A stretch of DNA of 64,000 nt, from the NCBI GenBank assembly GCA_964398775.1, contig CAYNND010000001.1:39528-103527 (forward strand). The letters run 5' to 3'. Made by a program: the position numbers and the translations under genes. This DNA is from an uncultured Candidatus Saccharibacteria bacterium (GTDB taxonomy: Bacteria > Patescibacteriota > Minisyncoccia > Phycocordibacterales > UBA2100). The notes beneath the pieces were generated by a model that was not told the origin of the DNA, made no database searches, and was given only the letters and a program-made list of their open reading frames with translations. Below are positions 27,538 through 36,584 of this stretch, one piece after another (the first letter of the stretch is position 1; every line of letters begins with the position of its first letter).

Positions 27538-28335
27538 GTGGCGATGGCACAATGGGACAATATAGAGAGTAAAGGAGATGTGCAGGACAGACGCGGGAGC
27601 ACTGGCATGGCATTTGGTGGGGTTAGCCTCGCAGGTGTCGCACTCCTTGTATTACTCAATTACGCACAGACGGGACAGGTAGATGTGCAGACACTCGCAC
27701 AGCAACTCGAGCAGCTCAACATGCAGCCTTCTCAAAGTGAATCTGCAGAATTTGCTGGCGTAGACCCCTACGAACAATTTGCCTCGACGGTCCTCGGCTC
27801 AACGACTGATACATGGCGTGAACAATTTACCGCACTCAATCGCGCATACACCCCACCGCAGTTTGTACTCTTCCGTGATGCGACTGAGTCAGCATGTGGT
27901 GGTGCGTACTCACAAGTCGGACCGCACTACTGCCCACCCGACAAGACAGTGTATCTTGATGAGCGATTCTTCGATGAAATGTATGACATCCTCGGCGGCT
28001 CAAAGGGTGATGTCGCGCAGGCATATGTCATCGCTCATGAAGTCGGTCACCACGTGCAGACACTGCTTGGTATCGAAAAGGAATCTGTTGCTATGGAGTT
28101 GCAAGCTGACTGTCTTGCTGGCGTCTGGGCGTATTCACTCAAAGATGACGGAGTATTTGAGCCGGGTGAAATACAAGAAGCGATGGATGCAGCAGCTGCA
28201 GTCGGTGACGACCATATCCAAGAAGTAACTCAAGGTGAAGTAAGTCCAGAGACATGGACGCATGGCTCCTCAGCCGAGCGCGTTGCAGCCTTCACCAAGG
28301 GCTACACAAACGGGACATTCAGTGTGTGCAAATAA
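27538..28335 (+). CDS. YpfJ-family putative neutral zinc metallopeptidase
   Basis: YVIAHEVGHHVQ HExxH block plus upstream KTVYLDERFFDEM block. Confidence 0.75.
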   Translation: MAMAQWDNIESKGDVQDRRGSTGMAFGGVSLAGVALLVLLNYAQTGQVDVQTLAQQLEQLNMQPSQSESAEFAGVDPYEQFASTVLGSTTDTWREQFTALNRAYTPPQFVLFRDATESACGGAYSQVGPHYCPPDKTVYLDERFFDEMYDILGGSKGDVAQAYVIAHEVGHHVQTLLGIEKESVAMELQADCLAGVWAYSLKDDGVFEPGEIQEAMDAAAAVGDDHIQEVTQGEVSPETWTHGSSAERVAAFTKGYTNGTFSVCK

Positions 28336-29373
28336 CTACCACCACCCCTTTCCTTTTTCTTGAGCGCTTTCGATGATTGCGTCGTATGTGTCACGACTGA
28401 TGTACTGCGGCTCGTATGATATGCCACGCGCGTTGAGCTGTCTGGTAAACGCACGGAGGTGATTGCGTGAGCCACGCTGCAGTTCCGTATACACTGCATT
28501 GATATCAGCATTGCGTGTCTCTTGCATATATCTATCGAGATCTGCGATGTCCAAGTCTTCAATGAGCGCACCCACAGTGAGCGCCTCACCCTGCGTCGTT
28601 GTTCCTCGTTCGACGAGTGTCTCATAGAGCGTCTTGAGTTTCGGGTCATGGAAAGTACCGACTGTATCGTCAGTGGTTGGGAGTGGTACTTGGTACCGCG
28701 CGAGAAGTCTCCCCACTGCAGCCATGTGTGTCTTCTCGCTTTCTGTGATATTTGCAAAGATGCGTATTCCCCACGTCGCTCCCAGAGTAGTGTATACATC
28801 GCGTGCTAGCTTTTCTTCTTCGTACATATACAAGAGCCCTGCTCGCTCTGCATCAGTAAGCGCCGCACCATCCTCCATGCGAGGCAATCCAGTACTTGGG
28901 ATAATATCCGACGCATCGACTGTGTCTTGTACAGCTACTGTGCGCACTCCTGCCTCTGCCCCCTTCACAAGCGGCAGATCAGCATTCCCCGCGATGCCAC
29001 CCTTGAGGTCATATATATGCGCTATGCCGGCGGCACGCATCGTGCTGAGTGCTTTTGCAGAGCGATTTCCAGAGCGGCAGTATATGAAGTAGGTCTTTGA
29101 TGTATCGAGTGCCTGCACCCGCTCTGCGAAGTTTGCACTGTAGAAATCAATATTCAGCGCTCCAGAAATATGCCCTGATGTATATTCTTCAGGCGTTCGT
29201 AGGTCTATGAGGACTGCCGCAGGAGATTGTTCAAGCTGCTGCATATATGTCTCCTGTGTAAGCACGGTACCTGCTGGTTCTCGAGAGAACAGAACGACAG
29301 CAGCAGCGATGACCATAACAGCTACAACACTCATGAGTATAAGTCGTTTCATATGTATTACGTTAGTGAACAA
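28336..29373 (-). CDS. Rhodanese-domain protein fused to a DUF2202 ferritin-like domain, secreted/anchored
   Basis: rhodanese block FIYCRSGNRSAKA with active-site Cys; C-terminal ferritin-like helices (EEEKLARDVY...SEKTHMAAV...NHLRAF). Confidence 0.55.
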   Translation of the reverse strand: MFTNVIHMKRLILMSVVAVMVIAAAVVLFSREPAGTVLTQETYMQQLEQSPAAVLIDLRTPEEYTSGHISGALNIDFYSANFAERVQALDTSKTYFIYCRSGNRSAKALSTMRAAGIAHIYDLKGGIAGNADLPLVKGAEAGVRTVAVQDTVDASDIIPSTGLPRMEDGAALTDAERAGLLYMYEEEKLARDVYTTLGATWGIRIFANITESEKTHMAAVGRLLARYQVPLPTTDDTVGTFHDPKLKTLYETLVERGTTTQGEALTVGALIEDLDIADLDRYMQETRNADINAVYTELQRGSRNHLRAFTRQLNARGISYEPQYISRDTYDAIIESAQEKGKGWW

Positions 29374-29642
29374 ATATAATGTACCAGACTCTGAACCGTA
29401 CGATGTGACGCCAAAGAGTATCGCCGATGCACGCCATCACGGCGACAGGTCACTATGTCATGCTTTGCAAGCACTCGAAGGTGGTGTGAAGTGACCGGTA
29501 CAGTCGCGCGCACTCGCTGCGCTACCTCGGTCACAGAACATTCACCATCATGCATAAGCGTGCACAGTATGCGCAGGCGTGCAGCATCCCCGACTACAGC
29601 GAAATGTGTTGCTAATGTTTTCAGATGAATGCGCTGTTTCAT
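29358..29642 (-). CDS. ArsR/SmtB-family metalloregulator (start at internal ATG)
   Basis: winged HTH LRILCTLMHDGECSVTEVAQRVRATVPVTSHHLRVLAKHDIV. Confidence 0.7.
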   Translation of the reverse strand: MKQRIHLKTLATHFAVVGDAARLRILCTLMHDGECSVTEVAQRVRATVPVTSHHLRVLAKHDIVTCRRDGVHRRYSLASHRTVQSLVHYICSLT

Positions 29643-29666
29643 ATATTCAAATCTATATTTGAATAA
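29642..29666. promoter_or_regulatory. Palindromic candidate ArsR operator in the arsR-hupE divergent region
   Basis: TATTCAAAT-N4-ATTTGAATA perfect 9-bp inverted repeat abutting the arsR start codon; coordinates +/-2 nt. Confidence 0.35.
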
Positions 29667-29697
29667 TACACCTAAACGCCACCTGTGCAATACACGA

Positions 29698-30783
29698 ATG
29701 CAGCTTATGAAAATCTGCTATCCTTACCTCATGCAACGCCTTCTACTCACACTTATTCTACTCAGTACGCTACCAGTCATCGCCACTGCGCACCCGTTTG
29801 CGCGCGGGGATGTCGCAGTTACTTTGACCGCAGTGAACCAGTATCAGCTCGAAACGACGATTACCGCTCCTGGCATACTTCCCTACGAAGATGATCTTCC
29901 TGAAAGTGGTGATCCCTGGGAGCATCATGTGCGCACGAGCCTCCTCGTAAACCAAAACGGCATTCCTTGCTATTTCTCCATGAAGCACTTTGTGCAAGAT
30001 GCAGAACGCCAAACCACAAACATAGACGGCACCTACCAGTGCGCAGAAAAAATCACTGACCTCTCTCAATTTACTATCCAGAGCTTTCTCTTTGGTAGTC
30101 AGTACGAGGACCCACAGATTGCACTCATTGTCGCTATAGATGGGACGGTGCACCGCATGCACTTTACGCGATACAAGCACCAGCACCCTTATGATGTACC
30201 TGCGGAATCATATGGTGCACTCGCCGTCATACCTGAATACATCTCGCAAGGTGTCGCGCATATCCTCGGTGGTACTGACCACGTACTTTTTCTCGTGTCA
30301 CTCTTAGTAAGCACACTGAGTATCAGTGCTGGGCTCATCACCATCACCGCGTTTGCTATAGCGCATAGCATCACTCTCTTTCTCGCAGTCTATGGCATCG
30401 TGAGTATCGATGCAGGTATCGTGGAGCCAGCGATTGCGATAACTATTTTCATCACTGCACTCCTCACTGCTGCCGCGTATGCACTCCACACGGAAACACT
30501 GCTCGAAAAAGCGCGAGTACCTATCGTCTTTCTACTGGGACTCGTGCACGGACTTGGTTTTGGTGGCGACCTCAGCTCCATTCACCTCCCTGCGCAGACC
30601 TTCCTGACTGCTATGCTCTCCTTTACTGCTGGTATAGAACTCGGGCAAATCGTGATAGCCGTCTGCATCCTTCCCCTCCTCTACCTTTTGAAAAAACAGT
30701 CTGACCGAAGAGCCATCATCATACTTGTCTCCTGCATCATCGCCCTGGTAGCGCTCTACTGGAGCGTCACGCGACTTCTCTAG
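29698..30783 (+). CDS. HupE/UreJ-family membrane protein with N-terminal periplasmic domain (putative Ni/Co transporter)
   Basis: AHILGGTDHVLFLVSLLV and HGLGFGGDL His-containing TM motifs typical of HupE/UreJ; signal peptide. Confidence 0.55.
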   Translation: MQLMKICYPYLMQRLLLTLILLSTLPVIATAHPFARGDVAVTLTAVNQYQLETTITAPGILPYEDDLPESGDPWEHHVRTSLLVNQNGIPCYFSMKHFVQDAERQTTNIDGTYQCAEKITDLSQFTIQSFLFGSQYEDPQIALIVAIDGTVHRMHFTRYKHQHPYDVPAESYGALAVIPEYISQGVAHILGGTDHVLFLVSLLVSTLSISAGLITITAFAIAHSITLFLAVYGIVSIDAGIVEPAIAITIFITALLTAAAYALHTETLLEKARVPIVFLLGLVHGLGFGGDLSSIHLPAQTFLTAMLSFTAGIELGQIVIAVCILPLLYLLKKQSDRRAIIILVSCIIALVALYWSVTRLL

Positions 30784-30855
30784 TTATCCCCATTGTATCT
30801 TCACACAGATACGGCATGATGCATGTCCTTATCAGTGTGCGCATAATACAAAACT

Positions 30856-31491
30856 ATGGAAAACAATATCCAGAGTGCATTTGCGTGGCGATACGCCACA
30901 AAGAAGTTTATCCAAGGCAAGCAGGTTCCAAAAGAAACGCTTGAGGCAATCATCGAAGCAGGCCGCATGGCACCAACTGCCTATGGCCTCCAGCCATTTC
31001 GTATTATCCACGTACAGACTCCTGCGCAACGTGAAGCAGTGAAGGCCGTCTCCTTTAATCAAGCACAGGTGACTGATGCTGGTGACTTCTTTGTTATCGC
31101 ACGACGCACTGACATCGACGCAGCATTTGTCGACGAGTACATCGCACGCATCTCAGCAGTGCGCGGCGTACCGGTCGAAAACCTCAAAGGATTTGCAGAC
31201 ATGATGAAGGGTGACATCGTCGGACGTGACGAAGTCGGGCGCGCAATGTGGGCAGGACGTCAGGCATATATCGCGCTCGGTGCGATGATAGAGACTGCGG
31301 CACTCCTCCACGTCGACGGCTGTCCGATGGAAGGCTTCATGCCTGACAAGGTGGATGAAATCCTCGGACTCAAGGCGCAGAACCTTGCAAGTCTCGGATA
31401 CTTTGCAGTCGGCTACCGTGACGAGACTGATGAAGTCGCAAACTACAAGAAAGTGCGTGTAGCTCGTGAACATATCGTTATAGAAAAGTAA
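30856..31491 (+). CDS. NAD(P)H nitroreductase family protein
   Basis: AWRYATKKF...LEAIIEAGRMAPTAYGLQPFRIIHV N-terminal FMN-binding blocks. Confidence 0.8.
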   Translation: MENNIQSAFAWRYATKKFIQGKQVPKETLEAIIEAGRMAPTAYGLQPFRIIHVQTPAQREAVKAVSFNQAQVTDAGDFFVIARRTDIDAAFVDEYIARISAVRGVPVENLKGFADMMKGDIVGRDEVGRAMWAGRQAYIALGAMIETAALLHVDGCPMEGFMPDKVDEILGLKAQNLASLGYFAVGYRDETDEVANYKKVRVAREHIVIEK

Positions 31492-31511
31492 GTATCTACT
31501 CTGTACACAAA

Positions 31512-31536
31512 AGCCGCTTGGAGCGGCTTTTTGTTT
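31512..31536 (+). terminator. Rho-independent terminator after the nitroreductase gene
   Basis: agccgc-ttgga-gcggct followed by tttttgtttg. Confidence 0.65.
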
Positions 31537-31568
31537 GCAAAAAAGTTGAAAATACCTAGTATAGCGGC

Positions 31569-32105
31569 ATGGAACGAAACATCTTAACAACATTGGGCCA
31601 CCTCCTCTTTAAAATGCGCTTTCTTATGTCCGCGTTCTACGTCGGACTTGTGGTCATACTGATAGCCACCTTGTACAAGTTTACCTTCGAGGTCGTCTAC
31701 GTACTCAACAAAGTACTCTTCACAGATATTGAAAAAATCGACCTCATCATCAAGGTGCTTGAGCTCGTGGATATGACGATGGTGGCGCAGCTCATCTGGG
31801 TTGTGGCGCTCGCTGGCTTCTCACTCTTTGTGACAGATGAATACTTCAAAGACAAGCAGGTATCAAAGCCGGACTGGCTCGAGCACGTCAACACTTACAG
31901 CCTGAAGCTCAAGCTCGCTTTCGCGATGATTTCCATCTCAGGAGTACACGCACTCAAGACATACCTCAGTGCTGGTGATATGGACGTTGTCGTCCTCACT
32001 GTTGCGGTGCATGTGATGTTCGTCATTGCAGCGATTGGTATCGCCTACTCAGAGCACATCGCGACACAGAGTCACAAGACGCACGACGACATGCACAACG
32101 ACTAG
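31569..32105 (+). CDS. YqhA/UPF0114-family inner membrane protein
   Basis: LIATLYKF...DLIIKVLELVDMTMVAQL closely parallels E. coli YqhA LIALALKF...DLILVLLSLVDMTLVGGL. Confidence 0.55.
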   Translation: MERNILTTLGHLLFKMRFLMSAFYVGLVVILIATLYKFTFEVVYVLNKVLFTDIEKIDLIIKVLELVDMTMVAQLIWVVALAGFSLFVTDEYFKDKQVSKPDWLEHVNTYSLKLKLAFAMISISGVHALKTYLSAGDMDVVVLTVAVHVMFVIAAIGIAYSEHIATQSHKTHDDMHND

Positions 32106-32611
32106 TCATCACTCGACGCAGCCGCTGGAAGATCACTTTTGTCTATCTTTGAAACATCGAGCTGTCTCTGTGGGTGCTTGTGAATGTGCGGGATGCGTGG
32201 CAACAGGACGGAGGTAATCGCAGCGATAACTGCGATTGCATGAAAGCCGAAACCAATCGCCATACCGATAGCACCTGCAAACCAGATACTTGCTGCGGTC
32301 GTGAGGTTCTTCACTGTTGCTCCGTCTTTCAAGATGATGCCTGCTCCGAGGAATCCGATACCAGAGACTATCTGTGCTGCGATACGTGACTTAGATGCCG
32401 GGTCAACGACACCAGAGAGGAACGTAAAGAGCATCGCACCGACGATGACAAAGGTGTGTGTGCTAATACCCGCATCCTTCCCGCGTGACTCACGCTCAGC
32501 ACCAATACCAAAGCCCAGTATGACTGCAATAACGATATTTATAATAAAATCTATCTCGCGCGCTGTAATCAATCCTTCAAACATCTGCGTATCATAGTTT
32601 TTTCCATACAA
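32102..32611 (-). CDS. MgtC/SapB-family membrane protein
   Basis: ILGFGIGAERE...ISTHTFVIVGAMLF MgtC N-terminal blocks. Confidence 0.7.
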   Translation of the reverse strand: MYGKNYDTQMFEGLITAREIDFIINIVIAVILGFGIGAERESRGKDAGISTHTFVIVGAMLFTFLSGVVDPASKSRIAAQIVSGIGFLGAGIILKDGATVKNLTTAASIWFAGAIGMAIGFGFHAIAVIAAITSVLLPRIPHIHKHPQRQLDVSKIDKSDLPAAASSDD

Positions 32612-32648
32612 AATTCAAGCGCAGCGGCATGCGTGGTATCATCACGCC

Positions 32649-32963
32649 ATGGAAGGATTTAAACCACCTGAAGCAAATAACGATAACGAACAACTGATTG
32701 TCGGGGATTGGGTAACGGTGACTAACGAGCGCGATGCGCGATTTGTTAAAGAATATCTGAAAGCTGAGCCTCCATACGTCATCGCTCGCATTGGGCCGAG
32801 ATCAGTCTCTCTCATCGCACTCAAAGATCGACAGACAATCACAGGGAAAGAGCCAGCGATTGAACATACCGTAGCTAACATGTCAGGCACTGATACGCCA
32901 AGCTATGGCGTATCATCAATGCACCTCAAAAAGTTTGACCGGTTGGGAATTGTGCGAGAGTAA
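32649..32963 (+). CDS. Hypothetical protein
   Basis: 104-aa ORF; no recognisable motif. Confidence 0.35.
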   Translation: MEGFKPPEANNDNEQLIVGDWVTVTNERDARFVKEYLKAEPPYVIARIGPRSVSLIALKDRQTITGKEPAIEHTVANMSGTDTPSYGVSSMHLKKFDRLGIVRE

Positions 32964-33293
32964 CTATTTCAACTCCTCGCAGGCCTTGCCGTCTTTGTCA
33001 GCATCAAGTCGGTGCGGGTCAGATGTAGGACCACCCTCGCGGATGAAAAAGTCCTGTGCCTCGCGCTGTGTGCGAAAGTCCTTACAGTCCTTATCGACAA
33101 ATCCTCCGACAAACTTCTTCGGCGCCGCTTTAGCCGGGGCTCGTACTGGAGCCTTCTTTGGCGTGTGGCAGTGATACTCCCCTGTCTTTTTATTCGTATG
33201 ACACCCCTTTGCATCCGTCCCACCTGAGTGGGCAAACGTGACGACTGGAAGCACAACCAAAAAGCATATTGCAGCTATGACGGAGCGGTTCAT
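32964..33293 (-). CDS. Secreted Excalibur calcium-binding domain protein
   Basis: signal peptide; C-terminal DPHRLDADKDGKACE (DxDxDGxxCE); basic Lys/Pro-rich linker. Confidence 0.6.
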   Translation of the reverse strand: MNRSVIAAICFLVVLPVVTFAHSGGTDAKGCHTNKKTGEYHCHTPKKAPVRAPAKAAPKKFVGGFVDKDCKDFRTQREAQDFFIREGGPTSDPHRLDADKDGKACEELK

Positions 33294-33346
33294 AGGTCCA
33301 CCCTACACCTGTAGAGAGTTGCGTGCAAATACTGAGAAGATTTTTA

Positions 33347-33781
33347 CTACTTAGCTTTTTCTTGCATCTTTTTCAGGTCCTGCCATGAGTAGCGAACAAC
33401 ATTACCGGTAGCATTTACGGAGAAAACATGCATTAGTAGTTTTTTTGAAACTTGCCAAGGCAGTCGTCGCAAAGCAATTTTTGCTGATTTTTCAGGAAGT
33501 CCGATGCCATAATAATAGCGTGTAGTTCCTCCAGACTTCATGCGTGAAATAATTTGTCCAAGCGAATAAATAAATGATACTTCACTTGAACTTTTTCCCT
33601 TTCCTTGTCCTTTGCACTCAATCAAAAAGTAGCGTGAATAACGATTGTGCCGAACTTTTATGTCAACTCCCCTCTCTCTGAGTGCGCCAAACTGCAAATT
33701 AGTACCCCATTCATTTCTTGAGAGGAATTTTATGATTGATTTTTTTACAAATTCTTCAGGCATATGTATTCTAATTACCAC
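33347..33781 (-). CDS. Small PD-(D/E)xK nuclease-like protein translationally coupled to hsdR
   Basis: E...RGVDIKV...FLIECKG matches the E / D / (D/E)xK order of the restriction-endonuclease fold; overlaps the hsdR stop by 7 nt. Confidence 0.4.
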   Translation of the reverse strand: MVIRIHMPEEFVKKSIIKFLSRNEWGTNLQFGALRERGVDIKVRHNRYSRYFLIECKGQGKGKSSSEVSFIYSLGQIISRMKSGGTTRYYYGIGLPEKSAKIALRRLPWQVSKKLLMHVFSVNATGNVVRYSWQDLKKMQEKAK

Positions 33782-36582
33782 TCAAAAATGTCTACAATAT
33801 CAACAATTGCTCCCTTAATTCGGTCAATGATGCCCTGTCGCTTCAAGACGCTTGGTTGTTCGTTCTCAGGCAAGAGTGCGATAATGTCGTCCCCGAGCGG
33901 AGTACGTTGTGTGTAGATATACTCACCAATAAGCGTTTGGAATGATTCAAGGTCGATATGCTCATCTTCCGCAACCTTGCGGAGAGCATTTGAACGCTCA
34001 CTTTCCCAGAACTTTTCAAACACAGTTTCAACATCCTCGGAGCGTGCAATACTCGGCAAGCTTTCCTTTATGAATTTCTCAACAAGCTCTTTCTTCTTGC
34101 GGAGCTGGATATCACGGTCAAAGATTTTGAGAATGTCATCGGCTTTCTTTTGACGGAGTGAATCTGAAGTAACGTCTTTAAGTCCCACAATCAGCTTAAT
34201 GATGTAGTCGAAATTAACAATGTCAGTCGCTACTAGCTCCAGCTCGAAGTCGATTTGGTCTAGTACTGATTCTAGCTCCTTGCTATCTTTGTTCTTTCGC
34301 TCCTCATAAACATCAAGGTACTTGCTCTGGTAGTCGTAGAATTCTTGTTCGGTGATGCCGAGGTCAGCAAAATCAAACTCAGCGAATGTTTCAAGTGATG
34401 CCTTGATGCGGAGTAGGTCACGGAAGCTCTGTACGAATGATGCTTTCTCTTCCTCACTTTGTATGAGGTCTACATCACCAACGTTTGGCACTTCCTCTTT
34501 GAGTTCAGTCAGTTTGTCTTCAAACTCTACTTTCTGCATTGCGTAGGGTTTCTTGAACACTACTTCTTTCGCATTCTCGTCACCAAACAAAGCAAGCGCC
34601 TTGTCGGTGTTCTTTTTGAGGTTACGGAACGTAACAATGTTGCCGTGTGGCTTGTCGGAATTAAGTAGGCGGTTAGTGCGTGAGTACGCTTGAATCAAGC
34701 CGTGGTAGCGGAGATTCTTATCTACATAGAGTGTATTGAGGCGTGGGCTATCAAAACCAGTAAGGAACATATTTACTACTAACACCAAATCAACTTCCTT
34801 ATCTTTTATTCGTTTCTGCAAGTTTTTGTAGTAGTCGTAAAAAGTATCTGTAGAAAAGTTGGTACCAAATTGCTCGTTGTAGTCTTTAATGCATCGCTCC
34901 AAAAAGTCACGTGAATGCTCGTTCACAGGAGCGTCAGTCTCAGCCATCACATCGAAGTCGAGCATATCGGAACTCTCGTCCTCGTTGGCTTGATAGGTAA
35001 AAATAGTGGCGATGGTAAAGTCTTCGGGCTTCTTAGCTTTAAAGAGGTTGTAGTATTTCTTTAAGACTTCAATAGTTGGAGTAGCGAAGATGGCGTTAAA
35101 CTTTCCGTTCTTTGTCTTTCGCTTCCAGTCGTGAAGAACATAATCAGTAATCTTTTCCAAGCGGTCATTGGATTCTAAAATCTCTTTTGTGTTGATACCT
35201 TCAACTTCCATATCGGCAAAGATGTCCGCATCAAGCGTATCTTGCTCCTTTTGGGTGTACTTGCCGACATACTCCACCGCAAAGCCAAGTACGTTGTTAT
35301 CAGCTATCGCATTCGTGATGATGTACTTGTGTAGACACTCCTCAAACACATCAATCGTAGTTACTCCACCCACGTTGTTTTCCGCAAAGATAGGCGTACC
35401 CGTAAAGCCAAAAAGTTGAGCTTTGGTAAAGAAGTTTTTAATGCGTGCGTGCGTTTGTCCAAACTGACTGCGGTGACATTCATCAAAGATGATAATTATT
35501 TTCTCATTCGCTAACTCCTCGAATTGCTTTAGGTAGCCTTCACGTCCAATAGCAATGTCGAGCTTTTGAATAGTTGTCACAATGAGCTTGCGAGTAGGGT
35601 CTTTGAGTTGGTCTACGAGCGTCTTTGTGCGGTCAGTACCGTCTACTGAGCCAGCAGAAAACGAGTTGAATTCTTTTGTGGTTTGAATGTCCAAGTCTTT
35701 ACGGTCAACCACAAACAGCACTTTCTTTACCTCTGGGATATTAGAGAGTATCTGACTAGCTTTAAAAGAAGTGAGTGTCTTACCCGAACCAGTCGTGTGC
35801 CAAATGTACCCATTCTTATTTGATTCTTTTACTCGATTCACAATACGGCGTACTGCAAAGTATTGATATGGTCGAAGAATAAGCGGAATGCGAAGGGATT
35901 CAGCCAGTACGATATACTCGGCAATCATCTGCGATACTGCACACTTTTCAAGGAAAACAGATGCGAAGTCTTCAAGTCGAGTTATCTTTTGGTTGTTGTC
36001 GTCAGTCCAGTAGAAAGTCTGCTCAAAAGACTGTTTTGGATTGTTGGCAAAGTATTTAGTATTTACTCCATTTGAAATAACAAAAATCTGGATGTATTCA
36101 AAGAGACTGCCAGCGTATGAATGCTTATGGTATCGCTGGACTTGATTAAAGGCTTCTTTAAGCTCCATTCCTCGGCGCTTCAACTCTACTTGAGCAAGGG
36201 GCAATCCATTTACCAAGAGTGTCACGTCATAGCGATTTTTGTATGTACCGACTTGCGTGATTTGCTGCGCCACCTGGTACTCATTTTTACACCACTGTGT
36301 TGTGTTAAAAAAACGAACATAGAACGCGCTCTCGTCATCTCGCTTCAGTGCATAGCGATCACGAAGCGCCTTCGCTTTGTCGAACCGATCACCTTTGTTG
36401 AGATGGTTGAGAATCTGCGAAAACTCAGTGTCTGAAAAAGTAGTTTCGTTGAATTTCTGGAGCTGCGCACGGAGGTTTGCAACCATCGCCTCTGTGTCAG
36501 GTATAACAACAGCCTCAAATCCAAGCCCCTGTAGTTGCTTTATGAGCGCATTCTCGAGTTCTTGTTCTGATTGATGAGTCAT
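33775..36582 (-). CDS. hsdR: Type I restriction enzyme R subunit
   Basis: motif I HTTGSGKT, motif II FDECHRSQ, 935 aa, in operon with hsdM/hsdS. Confidence 0.9.
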   Translation of the reverse strand: MTHQSEQELENALIKQLQGLGFEAVVIPDTEAMVANLRAQLQKFNETTFSDTEFSQILNHLNKGDRFDKAKALRDRYALKRDDESAFYVRFFNTTQWCKNEYQVAQQITQVGTYKNRYDVTLLVNGLPLAQVELKRRGMELKEAFNQVQRYHKHSYAGSLFEYIQIFVISNGVNTKYFANNPKQSFEQTFYWTDDNNQKITRLEDFASVFLEKCAVSQMIAEYIVLAESLRIPLILRPYQYFAVRRIVNRVKESNKNGYIWHTTGSGKTLTSFKASQILSNIPEVKKVLFVVDRKDLDIQTTKEFNSFSAGSVDGTDRTKTLVDQLKDPTRKLIVTTIQKLDIAIGREGYLKQFEELANEKIIIIFDECHRSQFGQTHARIKNFFTKAQLFGFTGTPIFAENNVGGVTTIDVFEECLHKYIITNAIADNNVLGFAVEYVGKYTQKEQDTLDADIFADMEVEGINTKEILESNDRLEKITDYVLHDWKRKTKNGKFNAIFATPTIEVLKKYYNLFKAKKPEDFTIATIFTYQANEDESSDMLDFDVMAETDAPVNEHSRDFLERCIKDYNEQFGTNFSTDTFYDYYKNLQKRIKDKEVDLVLVVNMFLTGFDSPRLNTLYVDKNLRYHGLIQAYSRTNRLLNSDKPHGNIVTFRNLKKNTDKALALFGDENAKEVVFKKPYAMQKVEFEDKLTELKEEVPNVGDVDLIQSEEEKASFVQSFRDLLRIKASLETFAEFDFADLGITEQEFYDYQSKYLDVYEERKNKDSKELESVLDQIDFELELVATDIVNFDYIIKLIVGLKDVTSDSLRQKKADDILKIFDRDIQLRKKKELVEKFIKESLPSIARSEDVETVFEKFWESERSNALRKVAEDEHIDLESFQTLIGEYIYTQRTPLGDDIIALLPENEQPSVLKRQGIIDRIKGAIVDIVDIFEW

Positions 36583-36584
36583 AT

